Assembly: GCA_965216875.1 (NCBI GenBank)
Contig: OZ244207.1
Span: 5,856,001 to 5,920,000 of the forward strand
Source: Rubripirellula sp.
Lineage (GTDB): Bacteria > Planctomycetota > Planctomycetia > Pirellulales > Pirellulaceae
Reading direction: 5' to 3'
Length of the DNA: 64,000 nt
Part shown: positions 20,501-29,402 of the stretch, piece by piece
Position numbering within the stretch: position 1 is the first letter of the stretch
Layout of the letters: each line of letters opens with the position of its first letter
Notes under the pieces: model-generated
Seen by the model: the letters and a program-made list of their open reading frames with translations, nothing else
Told to the model about the DNA's origin: nothing
Databases searched by the model: none
Made by a program: the position numbers and the translations under genes

Positions 20501-21813
20501 GCGATCAGTTCCAAGCCTCCAAAATCACTCGCAACGCCGCCTGCACGAGCGACTTCGAAGTTGCCATTGTGAACACCGACAAAGACCGGCGTCTGCGCAA
20601 GCCCACCGAGTTCCGACAAGTTTTCAAACGTAACGTTCAACCGCACCGGAGCGTCTACGGTGAACTCACCAAGTCGTTGTTCAGCAGCTGTATGCGCAAA
20701 AGTGTCACCCACCTGGTCACCTAGCAATACGACGCTGTAGATACCATTGTCCAAATGCGTAAACGATCCCGAGTCGGGCGCGACACGATACGTTGCAACA
20801 ACTTCGCGCGGCGTCGTCCCGGCCGCTGCGTCCGTGGTCACAGACAAGACATCCAGCTGAGTCAAGAAAGGACTCGTCACGCGCAGATTGCTTGGCGTGA
20901 TGCTCGTCAGATCGATTCCCGATGGATCGCTGTAGGTGACCGCAATCTCGTGGTAGTCAGCGCGTTGAGTCAGATCGCTCGCGTCGAATTGCACACGAGG
21001 AGCCGTCGCATCGATCGGGTCGCTCGGGTTTGAGGCTTGAGAAATCGTGATTCGTGCAATCGGCGTCTGGGACTGGAACGCGCGTCCAAGTGTCTCGCCT
21101 GTAGGTAACTCCGAACCGATGAAGTCGTCCAGGCCCGTGTGTTGAGCGATCACGCCATTTTCGTCTGCCGACGTGCCACCCGCTGTTGCGAACGCCGCTC
21201 CGCCGGCTGGATCATTCACCTCAGTCCCAGCATCCCATACCTGCGAGCCGTAGACGACAATCGTTTGAGGCCCGAGGAAATCGCCCGAACTGTTGAAGAT
21301 GCGATAGGCTTGCTGGTTCAAGTTACCAATGAACGCGTCGTTGGACGGAATCAGCATCGAGGCAAAGCTAAAGTACTGACTCTGCAGTGGATCATCGACG
21401 GTGAACTGTTCGGTGACGACTTCGCCAGCCTCGAACACGGGCGCTCCCGCGAAACCATCCGGCGCCAAAACCACCGCATCGTTGCCAACGCCATCGGCCG
21501 CAAATCGAGCGACAAGTTCACTCGGATCACCTTCTTCGGCAATGAGTTCAAGCCCACCGAAATCGGATGCCGCAGCACCGAGATCTCCCAAATCGAAGCT
21601 ACCGTCATGCGCCGCGATCCAAACGGGCGTGTTCCCCAAACCTGTTTCCTCGGACAGGTTCTCGATGCTGATCTGTAACACCTCCGCAGCCAACAAGCGT
21701 CGACGTTCAAGCGATTCGAGATTCAGCTTGCGTGAGTTTGTTTTGCGATTGGAAGATTGATTAGACAAGCCGGAACGACGCGCCGATTTAGCGCGGGCAA
21801 AAAGCGATCTCAT
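17524..21813 (-). CDS. Large planctomycete surface protein: 4 spondin_N-like domains, 3 Ig-like spacers, C-terminal dockerin-type domain
   Basis: LNLESLERRRLLAA N-terminal motif; four copies of TP(V/F)..G.H.G.F...LELIAEEGD...SFASM.IPSNDAF...DAGTE.N; three VTYSD.SG.D...VTATY modules; DVNRDGQVTALDSLLVIN dockerin. Start set at MRSLF. Confidence 0.88.
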   Translation of the reverse strand: MRSLFARAKSARRSGLSNQSSNRKTNSRKLNLESLERRRLLAAEVLQISIENLSEETGLGNTPVWIAAHDGSFDLGDLGAAASDFGGLELIAEEGDPSELVARFAADGVGNDAVVLAPDGFAGAPVFEAGEVVTEQFTVDDPLQSQYFSFASMLIPSNDAFIGNLNQQAYRIFNSSGDFLGPQTIVVYGSQVWDAGTEVNDPAGGAAFATAGGTSADENGVIAQHTGLDDFIGSELPTGETLGRAFQSQTPIARITISQASNPSDPIDATAPRVQFDASDLTQRADYHEIAVTYSDPSGIDLTSITPSNLRVTSPFLTQLDVLSVTTDAAAGTTPREVVATYRVAPDSGSFTHLDNGIYSVVLLGDQVGDTFAHTAAEQRLGEFTVDAPVRLNVTFENLSELGGLAQTPVFVGVHNGNFEVARAGGVASDFGGLELIAEDGDPSELVARFESETGNDATVIFAPDGFAGAPVFEPGESVLEAFDVSDPQRNRFFSFASMVIPSNDAFIANLDPRGIELFDRSGNFTGARTITLYGQDIWDAGTEVNQVGGGAAYSTEGGTSVDEGGVIRRHDGLDEFIGTGVPTGTLGQAFGNMTPIGRITISLADAPADAIDDKAPTANADITDLMSPGANTHEVRVTYSDASGVDVSTIDTRDIEVTGLFNEPLEVVGVTTDADTADPRTVTATYQIATADGDPYSTFDNGLYTITLADGEVGDVFGNEVTAEALGSLQVLVPVQLTITVENLAAEGGLAQTPFWVGVHEGNFQLARAGAVAAEFGGLEALAEEGDVSGVVARFAAESSGVDTVLVAPEGFAGAPVIEPGEVASQTLSVLDTNLNRYFSFASMLIPSNDAFFANLNARAYELFDEDGFFLGTQTITLTGRDVLDAGTELNQVDGGAAFSTEGGDGVDENGVITRHQGLDDFIGSGLPTGETLESAFVSDTPLARITISLTDGTSLPVDSDGPTASVAADDVVVAGATTHEVHVTYSDPSGIDPTSIGIEDIAVVGPLARQLTVTAVETDAAIGTTPTTVTATYTVTTQDGQFTGRDNGRYTVNLRPGEVSDTLGQASESDVVGAFQVDVGVRLQVEIESLTPEGGLALTPFFVGFHDGAFEVARGGALASEFGGLELIAEEGDTSELVARFAGESDGTSSVIAAPQGFAGAPVIEPGEIATQVIEVEDSSLNRFFSFVSMVIPSNDAFVANRNSRQYELFDELGNFQGARQITIYGRDILDAGTEVNDPLGGAAYSTEGGDSVDEGGVIHRHAGLDEFIGTGVPTGTLESAFNGLMPIATITVLLFDPEADVCSGVDGACSARSVSLQNSRLSADVNRDGQVTALDSLLVINFLNRFGSQATIADEAQATGLDLDVGGDGDITSLDALLVINDLARESLAARSEAEAVDAAIAAFGDGGFLEESEDELVLLETGSLF

Positions 21814-22168
21814 TTCGAATCCGAGAGGCAGGCGACATGAAGGCTGAAAAGATAACTGCCACGAAATGAGCTTCGAATAAGCGCGCCCGCCACGATTTGG
21901 GATGAAACATTCGCACGAAAAACATGCGAATCGAGCGTTGCGCTCGCCGCCCAAAAACGCCCTCCTCGCTGCCAAACGTTAGCGAGCAAACATGAAGACG
22001 AGCCAACCGTTCGCTGCGATACACACGGCCGTTTTATCGTCGATGTTTCTCACGAACATGCGTGCGCTGGGTGGCTCAGATGGTCCTAGTAAAGATCCGC
22101 GCGCCGACACCTGCGTGATCGACTTTTTCTGAAGCCCGCAAAAAAAGTCGTCGAAGATTCGCCGCTGC

Positions 22169-22780
22169 TCAGCGGTTGATGTCGACACCACCGCGTGAGA
22201 AGCAAATGCCCTGCGTTCCGCCAGTGCCAACCATCACCGCTTCGATCAACGGCTTGTTCAGTTCGTTGTCGCCGCACCAGTCGACCAGAAAGTTTGCTCC
22301 CGACCCGCCAGAGCTATCGCGGCGTTCGACAAGGAATTCGATCGTTTGCAGTGGCGCAAGCCTGATCGGTTGTTCGAGGTACGACTTCACTCGCTTGCCT
22401 GATGTGTCGTAATAATCGACTGTCTTTACATACAACGCGTCTTCGGTGTCGGTGTTACGAACGCTTAGGGTCACTTCCAACGAATAGGGCGAACCGCCCT
22501 GGAAGTAAACGTGTGAATAAACGGGAACGTAGACCAACTGTTGCAATGGAAGCGTCGCGACATCAACATCTCCAACGCTTTGCTCGTCGACCGAAGGTGG
22601 CTGATAACTGCGGGGCGGGACAAAGCTGATACGTTCCTCGACTTCGCCTAGTCGGTGATCGAGGTAAAAGGCAACGCCAGCGATGCAGGCAAAAATGGCG
22701 AGAAAGACACCAAAGAAAACGACCGCACCACGTTCCCACATCCAAACAAACCAGCCGGGATAGTCTTTTTCTTGTTCCAT
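22169..22780 (-). CDS. DUF3124-domain membrane-anchored protein
   Basis: VYVPVYSHVY, TLSVRNTD, VDYYDTSGK, GGSGANFLVDW, PLIEAVM; one N-terminal TM. Start is uncertain. Confidence 0.85.
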   Translation of the reverse strand: MEQEKDYPGWFVWMWERGAVVFFGVFLAIFACIAGVAFYLDHRLGEVEERISFVPPRSYQPPSVDEQSVGDVDVATLPLQQLVYVPVYSHVYFQGGSPYSLEVTLSVRNTDTEDALYVKTVDYYDTSGKRVKSYLEQPIRLAPLQTIEFLVERRDSSGGSGANFLVDWCGDNELNKPLIEAVMVGTGGTQGICFSRGGVDINR

Positions 22781-22880
22781 TTTCGGTTGCTCGTGATCGA
22801 ATGCCGCAGATGCCCCACGCCATTGTCTGACATAGCGACCGGCGCGTCGACGCCCAATGAGACCGGAAACTCGAGATGCG

Positions 22881-25800
22881 TCAATGACTGCCAGAAAACG
22901 CGGTGTCTTGTCCTTGGACAAGCAGGTAGGTTTGGTTCGCAGAGAGCGATCCGAAGTCCTCGGTGGTTCCGTCTGGCCATCGGACGCTCACGTCATTAAC
23001 GCGATCCGATCCGCCCAGCCCCGCGCGAAGGATTCGCTCGTTGCTGCACATGAATCCGTCTCCTGCGGTCGCCCAGAGGCTTCGCCTTTGACCATCAACT
23101 TCGAAAGTGACGACGGCGCCAACGGCGTCGCGTGACGAGTTCGTTCCTACAAGTCGAAACGCAATTCGACGGTTCTCTGTCTCGGTCTGGTTGATCAGCA
23201 GTTTTGCTGGCTCGAACGTGTGCGTCACCAGAACGTCAACCTTTCCATCGACGTTCGCATCGATGGTCCAAAGTGCTCGCCCAATGTGGTTGTTTGCAAA
23301 GTAGTCGTCCCAAGCATCATCGTCGACCAATTGAAAACGCCCATCGACTCCGCGGCGAAACACTTGGAAAGGCTCGCGCAGTGGAACTGCACGATCGGGA
23401 AATTCACTGATGTGGCCATTGGTGACCAGCAACTCGAGCAATCCATCGTTGTCGAGATCGATTGCTTCGGTTCCAAATCCGACCACGAGCACGGTAGGCT
23501 CCATCAAACCTTGACGCCCCGTCGAATCGACCCACGTTCCTGGTGAGACCTGTTCGTAGTAGATGTGGTACTCGTTCGCAAACCCGGTCACGAAGATGTC
23601 CAGATCACCGTCGTTGTCCATGTCGCCGCTAGCGATTCCCATTGAAGCCTGCGATCTGGACCTGCCATCAAGTGCCAACCCGCGTACGACCGCGCTGTCT
23701 TCGCGAGGATCGCCCCCACTCTTATCGACAAGGTAGTACTCATTGGCCGTCATGTCGTTGGCGATGTAGACCGCTTGATGGTCTGGCTGCAATTGCCCCG
23801 CCAAGATTCCCAAACCGCGTCCCGGCGTTACGCCCGCTTTCCATCGCGATGTCACATCAGCAAAACCACCTCTGCCGTCACCCTGAAGAAAGACATCATC
23901 TCTTGCCGCGAACTTGAGTGGATGACACGGGCCGGGAACGCCCGCCTCGTTGACGCAAGGCTGTTTGATCGTTTCCAACGCGTCGCAGTAGTTCGTCGTC
24001 ACCAAATCAACCACACCATCGAGGTTGACGTCAACAAATGCACCACAACTCGTCCATTGTTCTGCATCCTCACCTAACAATGCGGAAACATCTTGAAACG
24101 TTCCATCACCATTGTTCCTTAGTAACACGTTGTGACCGAAGTTGGCGTAGAACAGATCAGGGAATCCGTCTTGATTGAAGTCTCCGACTGCAACGCCCTG
24201 ACCAAAGTGGCGATCGCCAGCACCAGCCGCTTCCGTCACCGGACCAAAGCGACCACCCAAGTTTCGCAGCAACTCGTTGCTTTTCGAATCGATCCCACGC
24301 ATCGTTCCGGCCGCACCTGCGACCACCAGATCAGGCAACCCATCCAAATCAAAGTCGATCGTTCCTCCGCCGATGCCAAGTGAGCGTTCAAGTGGCATGA
24401 CGTCGACATCGCCAGGGTTGTTTTCTCCCCCGACGCCACCAAGTTCCCATTGACTCGTTGCGTCCTTCATTCGCAAGTGATCGGTTGATTCCAGTTTTGG
24501 CGACAGAACAATGCGGTCGCCGGCGTCGGGCTGAAGCGAATCAAACCTTGGCGGCGGTAGGTCAGAGAGATCGATTTGAAGCGCCGGCTGACTTGAAACC
24601 GAAACCCAACGATCGTCGAGCTCCAAATTCGCATCAACCTGTTTGCGGACCAAACTGAAATCGGGAGTCGGATCTTTGTAGAGTCGTGAAGCGATCCCGC
24701 ACCAGGCTTTGGCTTCTAGGTTTCGGCCCAATCCCGCCAGCAGTTTCGCCAACTGCACCGCATCTCGCTGACTTTGCATTTGGTTTTTCTGAAAACCCTT
24801 GATTTGCTGACGCACTTTTTGCAGATCCGAAACACGGCGTTCAATGTCAGCAAGCTGGTCGTCAGAAAAGCCTTGAGCTTCAGGCGAAGCTGATCCAGCG
24901 AGCTTGCCGATCGCACTCGCCAACCGGCTCCACGCCAGAATCTTATTGGGAGCGATCTGAGTGGCTTGCCAATAGGATCGACAGGCTCCCTGATGGTCTT
25001 GTCGATAGGCTGCCCAATCGCCTAGCGTCAACCAATAGTTCGCTTGGTTTGTGCTTTCTTCCCCGCGCGAGTTGTACCACTGTGGCATCTCTTCGTAGCG
25101 TTGGGCTGATGTCAGAAGCTGGCCGTACAATGCGTGCGCTGGTGCAAAGCCGGGGTGTTTTGCCAGGATCTGCTGCAACACGACCGCAGCTTCATCGTCC
25201 TTGTTGACGTCGTACAGATAGATCGCGTTTCCCAATCGGACGCGCTGGTCATCAGGATTGAGGCGTACCTGGCGCTGTCCAATCTCAGGTTTGAAGCGAT
25301 GCTGGTTCAGGTCGGTGATCATGCAGAGTAGTGACGCGTCCGTTTCACCTCCGCGAATCAGGGGCTCGACGTGCGCATTTGCGAGATCAGTTCGGCCAGC
25401 GCCAAGCAAAAAGGTGATCAATCGTTTGCGGAGCATCTGTTGATCCGGGTGCCGTTCCAAGCTGGTCTCATACAGCTCGATCACTTGGTACATCCGACCG
25501 AGGTCAAACAGCGACTTGCCGACGGCGTTGATGCGCGAGGAGGGTTGATAATCGCCTAGCTGGCAAGCGAGCAACATCAACTCAGCCATCTCATCGATGT
25601 CATGGTCATTCGACGCGACCTCAGCAGCGGCCATCATGACATCGGGGTCTTCTGGATGCTCGACCAAGGCGCGTTTGGCGTACGCTTTCGCCTGATCCCA
25701 ACGTTTTTGTTCGACAGCCGAAAGCAAACCTGTGGCAGAATCCACCTTCGAAGGTTTCGATGACTCTCTTGCAGCAGCCTTCGCGCTGGCGGCAAGCTTG

Positions 25801-25889
25801 CGGCGATTGGACTCGTCAGCCGAACTGCAGCCGGCAACGACGAGAACTACAGAGAACCACGCGAGCGAAAGGGACTTGCCACTTTTCAA
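22881..25889 (-). CDS. TPR plus FG-GAP repeat ASPIC/UnbV (CRTAC1-like) lipoprotein
   Basis: Lipobox-like VVAGC; helical TPR region; repeated DFDLDGLPDL/GDFNQDGFPDL/GDMDNDGDLDIF; C-terminal SSRDAVGAVV...GLG...VRWPDG. Confidence 0.9.
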   Translation of the reverse strand: MKSGKSLSLAWFSVVLVVAGCSSADESNRRKLAASAKAAARESSKPSKVDSATGLLSAVEQKRWDQAKAYAKRALVEHPEDPDVMMAAAEVASNDHDIDEMAELMLLACQLGDYQPSSRINAVGKSLFDLGRMYQVIELYETSLERHPDQQMLRKRLITFLLGAGRTDLANAHVEPLIRGGETDASLLCMITDLNQHRFKPEIGQRQVRLNPDDQRVRLGNAIYLYDVNKDDEAAVVLQQILAKHPGFAPAHALYGQLLTSAQRYEEMPQWYNSRGEESTNQANYWLTLGDWAAYRQDHQGACRSYWQATQIAPNKILAWSRLASAIGKLAGSASPEAQGFSDDQLADIERRVSDLQKVRQQIKGFQKNQMQSQRDAVQLAKLLAGLGRNLEAKAWCGIASRLYKDPTPDFSLVRKQVDANLELDDRWVSVSSQPALQIDLSDLPPPRFDSLQPDAGDRIVLSPKLESTDHLRMKDATSQWELGGVGGENNPGDVDVMPLERSLGIGGGTIDFDLDGLPDLVVAGAAGTMRGIDSKSNELLRNLGGRFGPVTEAAGAGDRHFGQGVAVGDFNQDGFPDLFYANFGHNVLLRNNGDGTFQDVSALLGEDAEQWTSCGAFVDVNLDGVVDLVTTNYCDALETIKQPCVNEAGVPGPCHPLKFAARDDVFLQGDGRGGFADVTSRWKAGVTPGRGLGILAGQLQPDHQAVYIANDMTANEYYLVDKSGGDPREDSAVVRGLALDGRSRSQASMGIASGDMDNDGDLDIFVTGFANEYHIYYEQVSPGTWVDSTGRQGLMEPTVLVVGFGTEAIDLDNDGLLELLVTNGHISEFPDRAVPLREPFQVFRRGVDGRFQLVDDDAWDDYFANNHIGRALWTIDANVDGKVDVLVTHTFEPAKLLINQTETENRRIAFRLVGTNSSRDAVGAVVTFEVDGQRRSLWATAGDGFMCSNERILRAGLGGSDRVNDVSVRWPDGTTEDFGSLSANQTYLLVQGQDTAFSGSH

Positions 25890-25995
25890 AAACTGACTCC
25901 ACGAATTGACGAACCGAAGAACCGAATGTATTCGTCGCCCATTTTGCGGTCAACTTGATCATCCCAGACCTGGCGGGGTATGGCCTTCACCCTCG

Positions 25996-26721
25996 CTACT
26001 TCAATGGGATCTCGGCACCCTTGTCTTTGGACTGCTGATAGATGTCCGACATTTCATCATAGGCCTTGCGCAGCTTCTTGAGCCGCTTTTCGAATCCTAC
26101 GCGGTCCTTTTCACCGCAGCTTGCGATCAGGTCTTTGACACACCAAGCATTCCAGTAATGATTCTTGTGTGCGTACTCGGCGTCAGGAATCTTGAAGATC
26201 TCCTGGTGCATGCGAATGTCGTGGGGAATATTGAACGCGTCCTTCGAGTCCTCATAGGTGAACAGATAGAAGAAGTTGTCAAAGCCTCCCCAAGTGATGC
26301 TCGACAGACAGAGCGGACAGGGCTCGTGCGTCGAAAGAAAAACGCATTCGCTCGCAGGCGGACGCTCGTTTCTTGGAACGTCGTAAAACGAAAAGATTGT
26401 CGTCACTTCACCGTGCATCAGTGGGTTGCCAGATTCGGTGTTGGTCTCGGCCACCACCGTCGAGAGATCCGACTTCTTCAGCACCGCACCACCGAAGAGT
26501 TTGCTTCCGCCCCGGACCCCCTTCTGTGTTTTGGGGACAATCTCCTTTTCGATCACGGTTAGCAATCGATCGATGAACTGCACTTTGTCATTCGAGATTT
26601 TGGCAAAGTCTTCGTCGGTTGGATTGATACCTTTCTCCTTTGATGAGCTCCGGTCATCGGCTCTTCCCAACGATCCAACGAGCGTGCACACAGCAACCAT
26701 CAAAAAGCACCTGAATCGCAT
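25996..26721 (-). CDS. Zinc-dependent nucleoside/nucleobase deaminase (CDA fold) with predicted signal peptide
   Basis: NPLMHGEV and STHEPCPLC zinc/catalytic motifs; hydrophobic N-terminus MRFRCFLMVAVCTLVGSLGRA. Confidence 0.85.
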   Translation of the reverse strand: MRFRCFLMVAVCTLVGSLGRADDRSSSKEKGINPTDEDFAKISNDKVQFIDRLLTVIEKEIVPKTQKGVRGGSKLFGGAVLKKSDLSTVVAETNTESGNPLMHGEVTTIFSFYDVPRNERPPASECVFLSTHEPCPLCLSSITWGGFDNFFYLFTYEDSKDAFNIPHDIRMHQEIFKIPDAEYAHKNHYWNAWCVKDLIASCGEKDRVGFEKRLKKLRKAYDEMSDIYQQSKDKGAEIPLK

Positions 26722-26782
26722 TTCCTACCCTCCCACTCGAAACCGCTTGCTTGGCGACCAATCTAACATCCTGCCCAATAGG

Positions 26783-27400
26783 CTATGCTTCGCGTTTCGG
26801 TTTGCCGAGCAGTGCGATGGAACCTCGCCCGAGTTGTTCGCAGGTTGCTGCGGCCACCCCAAATTCAGCATCCAACGCTTCGACGCGACTCGCTTCGACG
26901 ACAGCCACTTTCCCGGACCAGGGGTCGGGCGAACCAGGCAAATAGACCGAAACGAGTCCGTTGTCTTCGCATCGCTCCGTTTCGAATCCGATGCGCCGCA
27001 TTTCGTCAAAGCGTATGACGACCGGCTTCATCTCTGCCTTGGCGTGGTCACCACCAATACTGTCAGCCATTTGGTCTTTCAAAATGGCATACCGTGGAAA
27101 CAGAAACACAAGTTTCTTCTCGAAGGCTTCAGAAAACTTCCGACTGAACGACCAACGTGCCAGGAGGCCTGCCGAAAAACAGAGCAACAGCAGAATGCCA
27201 ATCGACATTAGAAAGAGCAGCGCAATGCCGCTCGGCGTCTTGATAAACCCGGGAAGAATTCCAGCCAAGCCTTCAGCGATCGCCAGCACGATCGGAACAA
27301 CTTGGCCAACGAGCGCGCCGACGACAATCAAAGGCAACAGGAACAACAGTCCCCCGATCGCCGTCGTGCGCAGAAACCGAATCGGATTGTTGCGAGACAT
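26783..27400 (-). CDS. DUF502-like membrane protein
   Basis: Two TM segments (GGLLFLLPLIV...), P.Y..LK, VSVYLPGSPDPWSG. Confidence 0.8.
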   Translation of the reverse strand: MSRNNPIRFLRTTAIGGLLFLLPLIVVGALVGQVVPIVLAIAEGLAGILPGFIKTPSGIALLFLMSIGILLLLCFSAGLLARWSFSRKFSEAFEKKLVFLFPRYAILKDQMADSIGGDHAKAEMKPVVIRFDEMRRIGFETERCEDNGLVSVYLPGSPDPWSGKVAVVEASRVEALDAEFGVAAATCEQLGRGSIALLGKPKREA

Positions 27401-27546
27401 CGATTTATCTTTCCCGGTGTAGGTGGTTGGATGCACCAACATACCCACCAACGCCACCCCACGTCGTCAACGACAGCTCCACATTCCCGGCGTCCAACAT
27501 TCTGATGTCGGACATTCCACGTCGGCCGGTCCGCTAAGATCAAGGC

Positions 27547-28200
27547 ATGACGCAGCAATCATCGCCTCCTTCGATCACCACTGGCCAGTTTTGGCATTTC
27601 GTCTCTCTGGCGATCTTGCTTGGGCTGACCTGGGCCGCTTGGAGCTGGCTTGCGAAACCTTTCCCCCTGCTCTTTTGGCTTGCAGTGGCTATTCCCATAC
27701 TGCACCAAGTCTACGTTTGGCTCGCTTGGCGGCTGGAACTTCGATCAGCTTGGACGAGCAATCGAATCGGGTTCCGCGGATACGTCGCTTGCTTCTTCCT
27801 TCTGTTTTTCGGACGCTTCCTTTCGCTCTTCGCTTTGGCTTGGGTCGACCGAGGATCACTCGAACTCCCGCTCGTTCCAAGGATCGTCCTCACTCTGTTG
27901 ATGATGCTGGCAGGCCTCTATGCGATGTATAGCGTTATGCGTTACTTCGGCATGGCTCGCGCCGCCGGCGCAGACCACTTTGATCCTGAATACCGCGCCA
28001 TGCCGCTGGTCAATCAAGGGATCTTTCGGTTCACCAACAACGGCATGTACCTCTACGCGTTCCTGCTTTTCTGGGCCATCGCCGTCGGCTTTGCGTCAAG
28101 CTCCGCTCTTGTCGTCGCCGCTTTCAGCCATGCCTACATTTGGGTCCATTTCTACGCCACAGAAAAGCCGGACATGAACTACCTCTATTCATCTCACTAG
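27547..28200 (+). CDS. Integral-membrane phospholipid methyltransferase (PEMT/ICMT-like)
   Basis: Multi-TM protein with G.DHF, LVNQGIFRFTNNGMY and C-terminal EKPDMNYLY, similar to PEMT-family motifs. Confidence 0.7.
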   Translation: MTQQSSPPSITTGQFWHFVSLAILLGLTWAAWSWLAKPFPLLFWLAVAIPILHQVYVWLAWRLELRSAWTSNRIGFRGYVACFFLLFFGRFLSLFALAWVDRGSLELPLVPRIVLTLLMMLAGLYAMYSVMRYFGMARAAGADHFDPEYRAMPLVNQGIFRFTNNGMYLYAFLLFWAIAVGFASSSALVVAAFSHAYIWVHFYATEKPDMNYLYSSH

Positions 28201-28462
28201 CTGGCTTGCCTGACATCCTTCCTGTTTGCCGTCCCAGCACGGAAGTGAACGACAACCGTTGTGATCACTGGCGCGAATCAGTAATGGCTATGCTGTTGGC
28301 TAAGAATTTGTCAAAGTGCCGCCACTTCGAAACAACTCGCGCCCAAAACGCTAAAGAATGGGGCCCAGTTTTGGCCGGCGACTCCAATCATGGAGTGGAC
28401 ACAATCACACTGATTCGCGGATGATCCATGACTCCTCTTTGCCCACTACCGCCTAGGTTTGC

Positions 28463-29401
28463 ATGACTGACACTGTTTTGTCGGCCGATCGACTTGTGAA
28501 ACGATTTGGCGAAACACTTGCCGTCTCGGAAGCTTCGCTACAGATACGTCGCGGAGAAATCTATGGACTGCTCGGTCCGAACGGCGCTGGAAAGACAACC
28601 ACGATTGCAATGATCTGTGGCTTGCTGAAACCCGATTCTGGGCAGGTTTCTGTTTGCGGCAAGGACTTTCATTCCGATCCCGTCGCAGGCCAAAAACAGA
28701 TGGGCGTCGTACCTCAGGAGATCGCTCTTTATGAAGAGTTGTCCGCGTTTGAGAACTTGGTGTTCTGGGGAAAACTGGCTGGATTGTCATCGCAAACTGC
28801 CAAGGCACGCGCCAATGAGTTGCTCGAAGAACTTTCGTTGTCCGACCGAAAACGCGACACCGTTAAAACGTTCTCGGGTGGGATGAAGCGCCGCGTCAAC
28901 ATTGGCTGCGCACTCCTTCACGAACCTGCATTACTTTTGCTGGACGAGCCCACCGTTGGAATTGACCCTCAAGCGCGAGCGAACATTCTGGAGTTTGTCC
29001 GCGACCTCGCTCGTCGCGGAACGGGAGTCCTCTACACCACCCACTACTTGGATGAAGCCGAAACGCTCTGCGACCGAATCGGAATCATTGATCACGGCGA
29101 AGTCCTGGCCGACGGTTCCCTGTCCGAATTGCAGGAAAGCCTCGGTGGCGACCAACTTTTCGTTCTCGAAGGCGATTTTTCTGGCGCCGACACAAACGAT
29201 TGGGACGGGTTTGGCCAGCGATTTCGAGTGATTCGTATGCGTGACCACCAGTTGGTTGTCGCATCAACCGACCAGCGGCACCCGTCTGAATGTTTGCGAG
29301 AACTGCTGGACATTCCTATCCAGCTCGACAACGCGACGATCAAAAAGCCCAATCTCAACGACGTCTTCCTTCAACTCACCGGGCGTGAACTGAGGGAATA
29401 G
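28463..29401 (+). CDS. ABC-2 type exporter ATP-binding subunit
   Basis: GPNGAGKTT, FSGGMKRR, LLLLDEPT, YTTHY. Confidence 0.95.
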   Translation: MTDTVLSADRLVKRFGETLAVSEASLQIRRGEIYGLLGPNGAGKTTTIAMICGLLKPDSGQVSVCGKDFHSDPVAGQKQMGVVPQEIALYEELSAFENLVFWGKLAGLSSQTAKARANELLEELSLSDRKRDTVKTFSGGMKRRVNIGCALLHEPALLLLDEPTVGIDPQARANILEFVRDLARRGTGVLYTTHYLDEAETLCDRIGIIDHGEVLADGSLSELQESLGGDQLFVLEGDFSGADTNDWDGFGQRFRVIRMRDHQLVVASTDQRHPSECLRELLDIPIQLDNATIKKPNLNDVFLQLTGRELRE

Positions 29402-29402
29402 C

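Noticed and set aside
21900..22065. Recurring AACATG words upstream of the spondin gene as an operator
   Set aside because: Too short and irregularly spaced to distinguish from chance.
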